Assembly: GCA_030264375.1 (NCBI GenBank)
Contig: JASCQW010000072.1
Coordinates: 28,730,789-28,794,788, forward strand
Source of the DNA: Carcharhinus longimanus
Taxonomy: Eukaryota
Reading direction: 5' to 3'
Length of the DNA: 64,000 bases
The notes under the pieces were generated by a model. The model worked only from the letters and a program-made list of their open reading frames with translations, made no database searches and was not told where the DNA came from. The position numbers were made by a program, and so were the translations under genes. Below, in pieces: positions 49,133 through 63,414 of this stretch; the first letter of the stretch is position 1; each line of letters begins with the position of its first letter.

Positions 49133-50904
49133 GACAGTGCTTGAATATTTCCTGCTGAAATTTCTCCACTGCATATGTGATCTATGTACACAAACCTTCT
49201 TACACTATGGTGTAGAGTTCCCCTTGCATTTGTGCTTAGATATACCCTTAATATGGACACAAACAAATGAGAGACTTGAAAGATCACAGCATTTTGTCAT
49301 GGGTTACATATGTAAAATATGTCCAAGTGACCTTGGTCTTCTATATTTGTTTACGAAACCTACTGTTGCTAAGAATCTGACCATAAAACTAATTATATGC
49401 ATAAAATAAATAGATGTTGCCAATCCTGCTGAGTTTTTCCAGCATTTTCTGTTTTTATATTAGTTTTACCCCAACTCTCAATTGCAAGCATCTTTCAAAT
49501 GCATTTCTTTGGGTGAAACGGGGTGGGTCTTTCAACAGCATCTCCTGCTATGCCTAAAAATGTTGTTGCAATGTCACTGTCCTGGTCTTTTAACTGCATA
49601 TTTGAGCATTATTTAAGGGCTGATCCAAATGGAGACCTTTTCTCAATTTTTTATTTATTTTAACGAAGAATAAGTCACATTAAAGATTGAAGAGATTCCT
49701 CATTTATAGGTATATAAAAAGTTGTGCATGATGTATATGAATGATGGTTCAGTGAGTCGACACTTAACTTTCAGATTCAAGTAAGAAATATGCTACTAGG
49801 TTATTTAAGAACTATAAGGTCAGGAGTATAATTATTCCCTTCCATTGTTATTTTCTCCATTCCTCTGCCAAAGTTGCTAATACAGGGGTACAGTTCTAAG
49901 GAATTTAACCATTACTGCCAACTCAGGCAGATGGCTATATTTTAGAAATTAATCCAGATAAAAAAAAGTGATGACAGGCCATTCAACTACAATGAGCATT
50001 CAAAGTTGGCCCCCGTCCAATCCAGAAGTTCACTTTCCCGCAGTGATGATTGGACAATCATCAGGAGCAAAAGCTGCGGCAGATTGTCCTCTCTCTACCT
50101 TCAAGGTATGGAAGCTAGCTGTAGCACCCTTACTGCAGTCAATTGAGATCAATATATCCAGGGAAGAGAAAGAAGGCCTATTTGAACCAAGCACATTCTT
50201 ACGGAAATAGACTACTATAGTTGTGTTGACATACATGAATCTCAATTTCGGGCAAGCTGAAAAATCACAGTAGTAGATTCAGTTGAAAAATGATGAAAAA
50301 TCATTGAATGAGCTATGGCAAATGCAACATCAGCATTTTTGTAAAATACCAGTATCGTTAATCTAATTAACTTAGTTCCAACAACTGCATTGCTGGGAAA
50401 CAAAAATCTAAACAGGCTATAAATACATTTAGCAGTACAATCTGCGCTGTAGAATTAATTCCATTACAGATTCACATGTCATGCTGAATAATAATAAAAC
50501 TTTTAGATTCGAATCAATAGTTTTCAGCTACACAAGAAAAAACATTACCTTCTTCCAGCGTCTACCTGCTTGCTCACTGCACAACTCTGTTTTATCTTAA
50601 ACATAAGTATGCCTCAGTAGACACTCTTAATCCCAATGGTAAGCTTTCATTAGGAGGTTGAGTTCCTTTTGTTTCTGAATTAGTTTATTTGCAATTATAT
50701 AAACTGTAACATTGGCTCGCTTGCAATGTTTTGCAAATGTTTCATTTTTAAAGAGCATAACAGTCAGATAATGCAAAAAAATTAAATTGCATAATATTCA
50801 AGAGTGCTGGATAGGCCATTGGATCTTAACTGGTTTGAGCTTAAAATCTTTTCACACTCTGGATGAACACAGATTTTAAGTCTGATTAAGGGATATGAAA
50901 TGAC

Positions 50905-51790
50905 TGGGTGAAATCTTACCAAGAAATGGCAGAGTGTGGTTTTTGGCGAGAAAATTGGCGTGTTTCTATCCAGAGAAACTGGTTGGTTTTCTCTCCAGAT
51001 TCTACCATGCTCTGCTAAACAAAAAAATTAAGGGGCGTGATTCACGCCATCATAGAGGTGGCAGGGTTTAAACACGCTGACAAAACCTGGTTGACTCAGA
51101 TCTCTTTAAAGGGTGCTTTGGTCAGAAGTTCAATAAACCTGTCGTCATTGAAGTCTCGGGGCTCCCCTCCCCACCCTCGATTGGAGTGAGCGTTCATTCT
51201 GCCCTCCACGATAATCGGCCCCCTTCCTTTCTCCCACCATCCTCTCTCTCTGCCATGACCGTTGGCCCAATCCCCTCCACAGTCGGAGACAGCATCCCAC
51301 AACGTCCACTGCCCTCCAGCATCCCCTGCACATCGGGATTATGCCCAGCATACAGCCACAGCTGAATTAATCCCAACAATGAGGCTCCAACTGTGGCTCG
51401 TCCCTTGGCAATGCCAGGGTAGCACATGATGCCAACCTATGCCGAGGGCATTGCCAGAGCACTGCCTGGCTACGCCCCTCCCCGGGGGCTATATGTAGCT
51501 TTACACTCCTGGGGGGACCCCCACGACAGATTCACATCTGTGTGAACAGTTGTGAAACACGTCGACATGATGTCACGTTGGTGTGGTTTGAAGGTATGAT
51601 GTGAGGTTGTGGAGGGAGAGAGAAGGCGGGTTAATAATATTGAAATGCATGCAAATACATGCAAAGCAGGTTCACAACCCTTACAGGCATGAACCTGATG
51701 ATGTCGCTGGAGTGGGGCGGGGAATATCCAAAGTCATGTTTGCACCAACAAGAACTGCGACTTCTAGATCTTGAGCCTCCACTGGCAGCC
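50905..51790 (+). mobile_element. GC-rich non-autonomous repeat
   Basis: Left end matches 21510-21710; internal short inverted repeats (ggcaatgcc, ggcattgcc). Confidence 0.55.
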
Positions 51791-52001
51791 TCACAGACAG
51801 CGAACACAGACTCAAGACTTGATGCACTAGATTTGATTAGATTGCAGTTCCCAGAAGATAGACAAATCGTGCATCTTAAAAAAAACATAATTAATGGATG
51901 GCTTAAAGTAAAGTCCACAAAGTAAGGTTAATTAAACCTATTTTTGATGATCCATGTTCATTTTTTTTCATTTTAACTGATGAATTACTGCAATTACTTA
52001 C

Positions 52002-52084
52002 TAGTCTTTTTTGCTGAAGCTGCTCTCTAAGTACTCGGTCTTCAGGTAAAACATCACACAAAAGGTAGTAAGCTGTTTGTTCCT
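52002..52084 (-). CDS. ZNF277: ZNF277 exon 4
   Basis: tgctag|AG acceptor and CTA|gtaagt donor; 83 nt; EQTAYYLLCDVLPEDRVLREQLQQKRL. Confidence 0.95.
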
Positions 52085-52344
52085 CTAGCAAACAAAAAAT
52101 ACTTTCAGTTGTTCAGTATTTGTAAATTTGTTTTTGAATTCCATCTTCCATTGCATTTTTAATTGCTCTATTTTATCTTTAAAAGATTAAATTTAAAATT
52201 TACATCTTGTAAAATTACACTTTGCCACTTTTATTTTACTTTTGCAATCTCTTGCTTGGTACGAGAAAATATATTCAAAATCACAGATTTGCAACAAATC
52301 CATTCATTAGTAAACTTTAACGGACAAGAATCTGCTACACTTAC

Positions 52345-52433
52345 CTTCAGGAGCTTGGGAGTTGGTTCTTATTACACTACAAAAATCTGTTATTGATTGC
52401 TCAATAAACCTTTTCTTCCAATACAAAACGTAC
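52345..52433 (-). CDS. ZNF277: ZNF277 exon 3
   Basis: ttcaag|G acceptor and G|gtaagt donor; 89 nt; YVLYWKKRFIEQSITDFCSVIRTNSQAPE. Confidence 0.95.
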
Positions 52434-52554
52434 CTTGAAAAAATAAAAATAAGTCACTCCCTCATTGTATACCATCTTTTTGCCTGTTCATTACAATTAA
52501 TATCTCTACGCACACACACATACGAAGAGACTAATAAGCTACAAAGTATATAGG

Positions 52555-53510
52555 GAGGGGCGAAGTGCCAGAGGATTGGGGAGTGGTGAATGTGACACTT
52601 TGTTCAAGGGTCCAAGAGCATTCCTATCAACTACAAGCAGGTCAACTTAACATCAGTTTTGGGTAAGGTTCTTGGTAATATAAATCAGGCAAAAAGACAA
52701 CAGACATTTGGCGAGGCATGAGTTAATTAAGGAGAGCAGGCACAGATTTGTAAAATGCAGATTGTATTTGACTAATTTAATTCAATTCTTCGATGAAATA
52801 ACATAAAGGGTTGATGACGGGAATGCAATGGGATGTTGTCTAGGTGGATTTTGAGTAAGAATCTGATGACTAGTGGAGTGCCCCAGGGGTCGGTGCTGGG
52901 GCCTCAGCTTTTTACCATTTATATAGATGATCTGGAGGAGGGANNNNNNNNNNNNNNNNNNNNNNNNNNNNNNNNNNNNNNNNNNNNNNNNNNNNNNNNN
53001 NNNNNNNNNNNNNNNNNNNNNNNNNNNNNNNNNNNNNNNNNNNATCTTATTGAATGGCGGGGCAGGCTCGAAGGGCCAGATGGCCTACTCCTGCTCCTAT
53101 TTCTTATGTTCTTAAAAGGTGGTTAACAAAATCGGGCACATGGAATAGAAGGGTCTATTGACTTATGGACAAGAAACAGTGAGTTGCAGTAAATGATGGC
53201 TTTTCATACTGGAGTCAGTGGTGCTCCCCAAGGTTCAGTGCTCAGACCACCATTTTTTTAAATATACAATACATAAATGATTCAGATATTGGAATACAGA
53301 GTAAAATTTCAAAATATGCCAATGATGCCATAACTGGAGTTAAGGCAAACATTTGATTGTAACAGGACATTGATAGGTTAGCAGAAAGGACAGACAAGTG
53401 GCAGGTGGATTTAATACAGAGAAGTGTGACATGATGTATTTTGGCAAAAGGGATAGAGAGGCAAGAAGGCCTTACAGGCACAGTTCAAAAGACTGTGCGC
53501 AGATAGAGGA
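52555..53510 (+). mobile_element. Nested CR1 fragments
   Basis: [23 protein letters not shown] motif, gap and 3' tail at 53044-53113, inside an older CR1 RT remnant. Confidence 0.85.
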
Positions 53511-54477
53511 ATCAGTTTCAAGGGATCAAGTTTAAAAAAATCATTCACGCTAAATCTAATGTAATTTGAAACCTAGGGCCTGGAATCATGCGAGAAACAA
53601 AATCTGCTGGAAGCACTCAGCAGGCCAGACATCAAGGACAGGATTTTACATCGAAAACAACGATAAAACCAACATGATTCACCTTTAACATGCAGTAAAT
53701 CAAAAAGCAACTTCTGGAACATTCACATGTATGTGGTGGTATGTTGTGGTAAAAGTCACCCTGCTCCTCCACAGGCTGTGTTGATAGAATCTGGCTGATG
53801 TCCTCGGGATTGAAATCAATGTAACAGCTTAAAATGTGCTGGCAGTTACTCATCACGTCAGACAAAGTTAAAACTGGTGCATTTAGCAATGTGTGAATTT
53901 TTAATGCTTTGACCAATCATAATAACTGACAACTTCCATGGCACTTAGAATTTAATTTTATAAGTGTGGAGTTTCATTGTTTCAGAATTTAATTAATGCT
54001 GGAAACCTTTTCAAATATCTTTTTTAAAAACCTATTCTGCTTAAGTCTTTTATCCCTCTCATTAACAAAATCATTTTATCCCATTTTTGTGATTTCTGTA
54101 CAAAATTGAAACTTAATTTACAATTCCTAGTTTATACTTGCTGGTTTAAACTCTGCATGCCTCAGCTCAAAGATGCTAGTTACCCAGTAGAGGCCACCAC
54201 GCTGGATCAGGCACCTCGGCTGGAATTCTCCAGCTGTTCACGAGTGGCGGATTCTCTGGTCCTATTGGCAGTGCACCCTTGCCGCTCCTTTCCCAGTGGC
54301 GTTGGGTGGCTTCAATGGGAAATCCCACTGACAGCAATGGGACAAGAGACCGCCGCTTGTGAATGGCCATCATCTTGTGCTATTGATGGGAGGCCGCAGA
54401 ATTCCGACCCTGATTACAGAAAGACTCGGCTTAAAAACTTGAAAAAACCGTATGGACAGCTTTCAGAAATAGAAACA

Positions 54478-56203
54478 GTTATGTAAAGTGTACTTGTGGG
54501 AGTTAGGAATAAGGTATAGCTTTAAGTTTAATTTATATTTCTGTATTTGTGTGTTCAGAAAGAGGGAGAACTTTAGTTTTTGTTTCACTTTCATAAAAGT
54601 ACCTGTAAGTTTGTTTGTATATTGCTTCGTTACTGAGGTTTTACAAGCATTTAAGTAGTTTAGGAAAATTAAAAAAGTAGAGGAAAAAACTGTGCTGTTG
54701 CCTAGCAACAGGGGTTCCTAGAGGGGAAACTGCAGACACTGAACAGGAGATTTTAATTCAGTTGATAATTATATTCTAAGGTGGAAAGAGCAGTTCAAGT
54801 CTCTTTCTAACTGAGCACACTAACAGATTGGAGAGGAAAACACGTCTATGAATCGTGGATAGATTGCTCTGAAGTAAAAGTCATAGTGAATGTTGAGTGA
54901 GTTCTGGAGCTCAAGGGAGATACCAAGTTGCTAGCTGTCTACTGGGAGAGGTGAACTGCAATAGACAAGTCCTAAAGGAAAAGGAGAAAGGTCCGAAGAA
55001 GATCTTTAAGTTAAGCCAGGAATCTGAAAAACATCCTGTTAAATGAAAACGAAAAGAGTGAAAAGTAGAGGGAGACTCCAAGTTTAAAATGAAAAAACCG
55101 CAAGAAACAGACTTAAAATAAAATAAACCTGTGAGAAGCTGGAGATCCAAGGGGACAGCCAAAGGCCTGTAACTCATTACTGTGGGCCTATGAAGCAGTA
55201 CTGCTCTGTTGGTATGGCTGAATACTTGAGAAGGTATATGGAAGGTGAAGCTTGGATGCATGTGATGAGAAAGGAATCTCTCATGGGAAAGGAATATTGG
55301 AAGGAGAGATTGAAACCCTGAAGTATACTCTTGTGGAAAGCGTCTGGGAGAAAGCTATGTTTGGCAGAAGATTCCAAAGTAAGTACTTTGAGCAATGAGA
55401 TTGGAAACTGTCTTGAGAAAAACAGCATTCCAGTGGGTTACAATGTGACAAGCATCTGGAGGGCATGGGGAGTTGATGAGAGATCCATAGCATCGATTTG
55501 GGGTGGCAGCTGTCACTTGGCTTCAGAGTGTGCTGTGTCTAACCACACTGCCTGTTGGTTTACTCAACTGTGTACTTTGTGGGCAGCATGGTAGCAGTGG
55601 TTAGCACTGATGCTTCACAGCTCCAGTGACCTGGATTCGATTCCCGGCTTGGGTCACTGTCTGTGTGGAGTTTGCATATTCTCCTTGTGTCTGCGTGGAT
55701 TTCCTCCAGGTGTTCCTGTTTCCTCCCACAGTCCAAAGATGTGCGGGTTAGGTTCATTGGCCATGCTGAAATTGCCTCTTAGTGTCCTGAGATGTGTAGG
55801 TTAGAGGGATTAGCGGGTAAATATGTAGGGATATGAGGGTTGGGCCTGGGTGGGATTGTGGTTGGTGCAGACTCGATAGGCCAAATGGCCTCTTTCTGCA
55901 CTGCAGGGTTTCTATGATTTCATTGTGAACATTAGAGTACATGGTAGATTTTGTAACTTGTGAAATCCTCACAAATCTGTACATGTCTGTAAAGGTATTG
56001 TAATGGATGAAGGAATAGTGTAATATTGTTCATCTTTTCTTGTTTAATAAATGTCTTACTCTTTCGTTAAAAGTTCATCAGCGAATTCTGCGATTCTGTT
56101 CAGCAGCTGCTCTCCATGTTTTTAAACAAAAAATATTCAAATCTATCAGGCCTAGTTCCACCTTAGGATCTGACTTGCTCAAGAGGTAGGAAGGGACTAT
56201 AAC
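54478..56203. mobile_element. Possible solo LTR interrupted by a SINE
   Basis: Block bounded by gttat and ataaca with an internal aataaa at 56045; no clear target-site duplication. Confidence 0.25.
55580..55921 (+). mobile_element. Near-consensus full-length HE1 SINE
   Basis: A and B boxes (tagcagtgg, ggattcgattccc), V core and CR1/HER1 tail ggcctctttctgcactgcagggtttctatgattt. Confidence 0.92.
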
Positions 56204-58599
56204 AGCAGCCATCAACATCATAAAACACACTGCTGATTGCAACATTTGGACCTTCATATGCAAATAAATTGTTTCTGACATATACTTTTCATCAGAACTG
56301 GGAGATTAATTAATTAAAAGCTTAAATCTTAGTTCCTGGAATAATGTTACTTTGGATATCTGGCCAACAATCACGATGGTTTAGTAGCCTGACCTTGGGT
56401 GAGTCAGATTGTGGAAGATAAACATGAACAGACAAACATTGTCCAACGCATGCTCTGTGGCACAGTATGTTGTATTTGCAAAAGAACTTTGGAACTAAAT
56501 GATGAACTAAAGATTCAAAAGAGAGCAAGTGTTTTTTAACTTCAATTCTCTGTGCAATCTAACTGTAAATATTTATTTGAGGGTTAGGCGAGTGAGCCAC
56601 AGGGACAGACTGGAAAGGCAAAAACAATTACAGAGTATGGAAAATGCATGACGTTAGTTGTCTGTCAAGATGCAACATTTTGTTTCTGTACAGCAAAAGG
56701 GACCTGTACCCAAGATACACATAAGTGAATTTGTAAGCAAGTGTACTATTTGTACTCCCAGATCATAATATAATTTCAATTACTGCTCTTTTTATTGCTA
56801 AATTTATGTTGTCACCCATATCCAATCTGTTCAATTTGTCATCTGAATTGCTTCACCATAGAGGTGCTTGTACATATTATTGTCAATTCAACAAATTCCG
56901 AGGAATCTGAGTACTGTAAAATGACACACAAAATAAAAGTGTCACATGAAAAATAATGATGTCTTGGCCAGAAATAAATAGAATCTTGGGAAAAGAAATA
57001 TGACCCACGGGAGGAACAATGTTGCTCTTTAGGGTTGTTAAACAGATTTGTAACAGGCACTTGAAGCTATCTACAAACCTTAACTGCAAATCACAGAAGT
57101 CAACTGATACGATAGGTGAATAATTTAAAACAATCTGCAGCGTAAAATGGAAATGTGGCTGAATGTTCCTGTGTGAAGGATCAGATTCTGTGCATTGAGT
57201 GAAACTTAAGTGCATTTTCCCTAGAATTCAAACTAGCTCAAGATTAAGGTAAGATCCTGGGAAACTCCTCAAAACAATAAAATTTCACTTAAAGCCAGCA
57301 TTTGACCCATGTATCACGCTGTGCATCCTCCACTTTTTTTGTTATTTAACTATCTGTGTGCCATGGGTTAAACCTAATTAAGAGCATTAGCTCCAGTTGA
57401 GTCTTGAAAGTAATTTATCTTATAATTATCTTGTCTAACATGGCCAACTTTTACAATGGCCATCAGGAAAATGATGTTAACCAACCAACAAGTTGTTTAA
57501 TAAACAAGCAGCAGCACACAGCTGAATAGAATGTATCAAAATAGAACAGAACTTGTTTGGATTAAAGTAGGACATCAGCCTAGCAGAAGGCCTCAATGGG
57601 GTAAACTTTACTTCTTGAAACAAGTACAATTTTATGCATGTTGATATTGCTTCAACATATCCAAAAACATGCACAGTATTGGTCCATTAAAATTGCTGTT
57701 GCAAGTAGATTGTGCAATATCATGACTTAAACTCTTAAGTATGTAACTGCTGTTTGTTTTTAAATAAGGGATCTCACCAATGTAGGACTAGCATTGTTTC
57801 AATGTTTCTAAACTTCAGTGCATAAATAAATATTACTTCTTAACCTCAATTCCTATTTTCCACATTTTGAAGTTAAATGGTGTACATCAACTTTTTGCAC
57901 CCAGCATTGAAAGTTGAAGTCCAAATTGAGCTATCAGCCACCTTGTGGTGAAACATTAAAAAAAAACTCAGCTTAATAATTGCCTTTCAGAAAACGTTAT
58001 TCCTGCCTGTACCATTAACGATATGTTATTTCTTATCTTTTTTGTATAAAAAGTGAAAGTAGAACACTATCTACACGATTTTAAACATGTAGTTTCTAAT
58101 CTAAGATCGTGTATGAAAACATATAGAATGTTTGAAAGAAATAATTAAATTATTGCTTGCATCTGGAATGGCTAGTTGCTTGAATTTCAGAAAAATTGTG
58201 AACACGTTGAAGTACCAAGAAATAGTCTTAGGTTCTTGCGGTTCACATTTATTTTTGCAGGTTTCATGTGATATTGTGCATCCATTGCCAGGGTCCTAGA
58301 ACAATTTTAGATATATACCTAAGTGCTGTTTCAGAATTTAGGTGGATATTTAGTCACAGATGTTTCACTCAAACTAGGTGCCCAGAATAGTCTCCGAATC
58401 ATGAAGATGCAACTTTCATAACAGTATTAGCCAAGGCTGCTTTCCTCTGTTAGGTGCTACAAACTGATTGGCCCATGTGTTACTCCGAGACCATTCTTAA
58501 ATTAAAAATAAACCCTGGATTTTGCTGTCTGCTACCAAAGTGTCTTTAAATCTTTCCTTCCCCTCCTTTTTTATCTACAAAAAGTGCTAGAAGTTCAAG

Positions 58600-60030
58600 G
58601 ACATCTCCATCATTGGGACTGATACGATTAGGACAGTTTTCATTTCTGCTTCCCCATTCTCACTGCACCAGCGTCCCACAACTTCCCCTTACCTAAGTTT
58701 TGTTCTCACAGCTTTCTCCAGTTTCTTTCCTATCTTCCCTCATATCCTCTCTGAGCTCATGATGACCACATGACACATCTCCAGCACTTTCAACTCAATT
58801 TCTGCTGAACTGTTGACCATCCAACTTCCTTTACTGCCTGCACCACTACCATTCATGCTAGCTGATATTGTAAATGGTTCCCTATCATCAGGTACTCTTC
58901 TAACTTTTGAAAACTGCCATGATCATTCTGCTCTTCAAAAAAAAACTCTCTCAACCTTTCTGGAGTTCCTGCAACTCCAGGAGTCTCCCCAATCAGTATT
59001 CTTCCCATTTCACAGCACTGAAATGAAACCATGTCACGAAATGGCATTCTTTATGACTTTGGTGCACTACCTGTCCTGACCACTCTGCAGTCTTTAACAT
59101 GATTGGGCATACTCCACCAACTTCCTACGTTTATTGCCCAGCTGAGACAGCCCTCATTTAGTTCCATGAGATCCACTTTGCAATCACAGCCAGAACAAGT
59201 TCAGTAGTGGCTTCTCTTTCTGCTCTCAACTCCATTACTTCGGAAGTCCTCAATGACTTATCTTTGGCTCCTTCCCCATCTACATGTTGACTATTTGCAT
59301 ATATAAAGATATGGTTCCAAATGCATTTTTATGACACCGAGCTCAAACTCTTCACTACTTCTTTCAATACCTATACTCCTTCTGTTTGTAGTACTGAATG
59401 AGCTGCAAATTCCTCAAATTAAACATTGGAAAGACTGAAGCCATCATTGTTGGCCCCATCACAAACTCTGTATTCTTGTCATCAATTCCACCCCCCTCTT
59501 TGGGCACAACCCCAGGTTGAGGCAGGCTGTTTTGTAGCTTCAGTATCCTATCTGGCACCAAGTTAAACTGCAGAATTCATAATCTCTATATCAGAAAGAT
59601 CACATACACCTGCTACTATAACATCACTTGCCTCCATTCTTGTCTTATCTCATCTTCTGCTGCCACCCTCTTCCATGCTGGTCAGCTCAAGAGATAACTA
59701 TCTTAAACTCCACCATCCATAATCTTGATCTTGTCTAAAATCATGCTGTGTCCTGTCATACCTCTCTGATTGCTGGCCTACATTTGAGGCACTAGTGGTG
59801 CGAGTCACTGTAAAATTCTCAACTGCATGTTCAAATCCTTTCATAACTTCGATCCCTCCCCATCTCCATCAAAGTCTCCAGCTTTATCATCATGCTCACC
59901 CAACCCAGAAGAATACATTCTTCCGCCAGCTCTGGCCTCTTGTGCATCCACCTACCTGTTTACCTCACTCTTGGCAATTGTACTTTTAGCCATTTAGGCT
60001 GTTAAGGTTTATGAATCTCTCTGCTTTCCA
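58600..60030 (+). mobile_element. L2 LINE fragment
   Basis: MSCKFLKLNIGKTEAI at about 59398-59445, typical of the L2 RT end; pyrimidine-rich decayed ORF2. Confidence 0.7.
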
Positions 60031-60693
60031 ACCTCGCTTGTAGTTTATTTAGCAAATTATGTAAATATCATTTCCTGTCAACTGAAAATTACCCTGGGCT
60101 AAAAACTAGGTTGCACAGAAGAGAAAAAAATAGCAATGGTCTACATCATTGCTGCTGCACCCACTCCCATTCAACTGTAATTTATGACTAATGCGCCTAC
60201 ATGTACTGTTGCAGTGTTTCTCCAATGTGGTCAAGGGATTTCAAAAAATTTTACACATTTATAAGTCTTTGCGCATATCACATGGGAAGATTAAAAATAT
60301 ATATAGGCTATTCCCATACAAGCTTCTTACGTCAGGAGCAAAGACTTGTACTGGGATAGAAGCATTACATGGGGACATTTAAATGAACTTTGGTTGCCTT
60401 TACTTCTTCAGGCTCAATTGCTTACCGTAATTAACACAGTTACAGCAGCCTTACAACAGGCCTTGGGTGACTTACATTAAGATTAATGCCTGAATACGAG
60501 AGGAGCATTATAAATTGTCAGCTCACTTTTTTTGTACATTTTAGAAACAAGTGAGCTCTACAACTTTGTAATTTGCAATATATTTGAAGTGAAACTTATA
60601 ATCTCCACTCCTATTCAATACATAATAATATAGATTTAATCAGTATCGTCTTAAAACAGAGTGAGCCCATTAATAAAATGTAAATGATCAAAC

Positions 60694-60895
60694 CTTCTAA
60701 AATCTACAATGAGCTTCACATCAGCTATCACCAGTTTGTGTTCAACAATCATATGCCCAAGTAGCTTTTCCTGCTCTTCTGCAGGATAGCAATCTTCACA
60801 AAATATGCAAGGCAACACCAGTGATGTAAATCCATCAGTAATGCAACATGAAGGTTCTGGCAAGGAGAGGGGCTCCAATATCGAGTCTTTTTTCC
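60694..60895 (-). CDS. ZNF277: ZNF277 exon 2
   Basis: ttcag|GG acceptor and AG|gtttga donor; 202 nt; KKDSILEPLSLPE...PCIFCEDCYPAEEQEKLLGHMIVEHKLVIADVKLIVDFR. Confidence 0.95.
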
Positions 60896-61379
60896 CTGAA
60901 AATAACACAAATTCACTGTAATAATTACATGAATACCAATTTCAATCTGCACTATTCAATCATTTCATTTATTTATAATTCTATCTACTGGAAGAAAGAA
61001 AAATTGAAACATTTTGGATCATATGGGATCAGTACCACCAACACAACTGTGAAATGCACGAGTGCAGCAAGGGCTAGGGTGGGTGTTGACTCCTGCTCCA
61101 AATAACAAGAGGTGCCTGAAGTCAACACCACCTTACAAGTTTTAAAACATCTCTGTTCATAGGACACGTCATGGACTGCGTTCTGAAAATGACAAGTTAG
61201 ATTTTTTCTTTATGTTGATGAAGGAGGAACATTTTGCACACTAAGAGTAAATTTGTTTCATTAACATGAGGCATATGGTTTATTATTTTTTCCAAAGTTA
61301 CAGTAAGCAACTGCTTCATAATATGGGAATGTTCAGTGAACAATTTATGTTTTTGAAAAGTTAGAACTCCTCCACAACT

Positions 61380-61475
61380 GGGAATAGAGGGATACAAACG
61401 GATGGTCTAGTTAGGAACACGTGATCAGTTCAGGCTTGGAGGGCCGAAGGGCCTGTTCCTGCGCTGTATTGTTTT
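61380..61475 (+). mobile_element. CR1 3' end
   Basis: gggccgaagggcctgttcctgcgctgtattgt. Confidence 0.75.
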
Positions 61476-63414
61476 TTGTATTACACCATTGTTGTGTGAT
61501 GTAAAATTCCTGTATTTTGCACATGTGCAGCGGAAGAAGATTAATTTTGATTTTGTATAGACGCTGGAGAATATGTACGTGTGTGCGTAAAATATATATC
61601 ATTTTCAAAAGATACCATCTCTGTCTCCTTTTTCTTCCACAATTCATTTACAAGATAAATCAACAAACCTCCAAAGAGAAAACAAGACGAAGACTAATCA
61701 TTCATAAAAATGCTAATAATAGGATGAGGGTAAGGAGATTTTTTGCCTTCCATAAAAGATGATAGGAAAAGGTAGGAAATTGGAATTTGAAAAGATGTTC
61801 GAAGTTAAAGAGTCAACATTGGAAGATGACAGACAGGATAGCCTCCTATAAATTTTGATTTTAATAACATTAAAAAACTCTGAACAATTTTCTTGACTTG
61901 TTCCTCTCTCGAGATATTTGCTGGACTATTGTTCCATAGGAAGTCTTTTAGTATCTTGCACCAACAAGTCTTATTCATCAACGGGAAAGAATCAACAGAC
62001 TATTTGATCATGGGCAATTAGTGTTGAGCCTGATTTTGACTTCACATTTTTATTTTCAGCAAATGTCATGAGATAGCAGTCAAAGCAATCTGACTATTTC
62101 CTCGTCTCATAAAACCAAGATGCCGAGGAAAATTAGAGCTGTGTACAATTGGATCAGCAAACTCAGACCAGACTTGGGATTGAATCATATCCTTTCTGAT
62201 CTGTGTGACACAGCTTTCCATTGAATTATCAGATAAGCCAATATTTGTAAAATAAATGCGCATCAACAACAGTGACTTAAAACAAAACAATGTTCACTTC
62301 AAGTATATTATGTAACAAAAGTAGGTTTGCATTTTGGTATCCATAGCCATTTAGTTTCTTACACTGCAAGTCCTAATTCCACATTTGCTTGGAAAAAATG
62401 ACTGATATTAAAGACTATAGTATGTGCACTCATTAACACCTATGTTAATTCATCCCAGATACAATTGCAACATGCTTGCACTCAAAATATATTTTAAGAA
62501 AAAGCAAACCAGGGAATCCATTCTTTTCACAGGCATTCAAAATGTTTCTAAGGCTTCCCAAAGGGATTCGGGGCAGGGGGTTCTGCATGGGCTGAAGACA
62601 TGATGTTTATCAATTTGGATCTCAGTGATTTCCAATTCAATTTGAGGAATAATCTGGGACTCTGAAACATATCTCTTCCTTTCTCTCTTTGCATTGAAAC
62701 TGTACTGTACATAAACGTATCTTTGGTAGCCAAACACTCACCATCCCTCACAGACTTTACCATGTTCTGGCTGCTAAACTGATCTTTTGTGTGCAATGAA
62801 TGTAGTGTTGCAATTCTCACTTATCTTACATTCTTTTCTATCAAGTCTCACTGCAGCTTTGTCATTGATGGTATCAGTGGTCAGTGCAGAACTGACTGGA
62901 AAGGTAGAATAGGAAAACTTACTTGACAATGGAGATTGAGATTTGTACTTTTAATTGCACTGGCACAAAAGCAACCTAAAGCTTCCAAAAACACCAGAAT
63001 AATACAAAATCTAAGATAACTGAGTAATGAGACCTGTTACAAATTGTACATTTCAAAATGCTGGGGATATTCAACACCATGCAAGCTGATTAGATAGCAT
63101 TTAAAAGTCATGCACATAGGAGCTTATGCGACCTTTAGAATTCTTTGCCCCAGAAAACTGGGATGCTTAGTCATTGCATATATTCAAGACAGAGATTAAG
63201 AAATATTCAGAAACTAAGAGAATTGGGAGAAATGGCAATCATGCAGCAAGGTGGAAAAGACCAATCATGATTTCACTGGGCCAAATGATTCACGTTCTTT
63301 GATTCCATATGCTGTCATGGACGCCACCCATATTCTTTAAACACCAAATGAACGCCAGATCCTGGGAAGTAATCGTCATGAACTGCAGGACATTTATTCC
63401 TTACCCAGCTTAAA

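Noticed and set aside
8964-53126. ORFs containing X-runs
   Set aside because: They read through assembly N-gaps, mostly collapsed LINEs, so their lengths are artefacts.
55580-55650. tRNA-like A and B boxes
   Set aside because: SINE head continuing directly into the SINE core; no complete cloverleaf, so no tRNA gene is called.
56262-56300. Minus-strand CTGATGA...GAAA spacing
   Set aside because: Stem II and stem I do not pair; at most a dead remnant. The 17945-18065 element likewise lacks CTGATGA.
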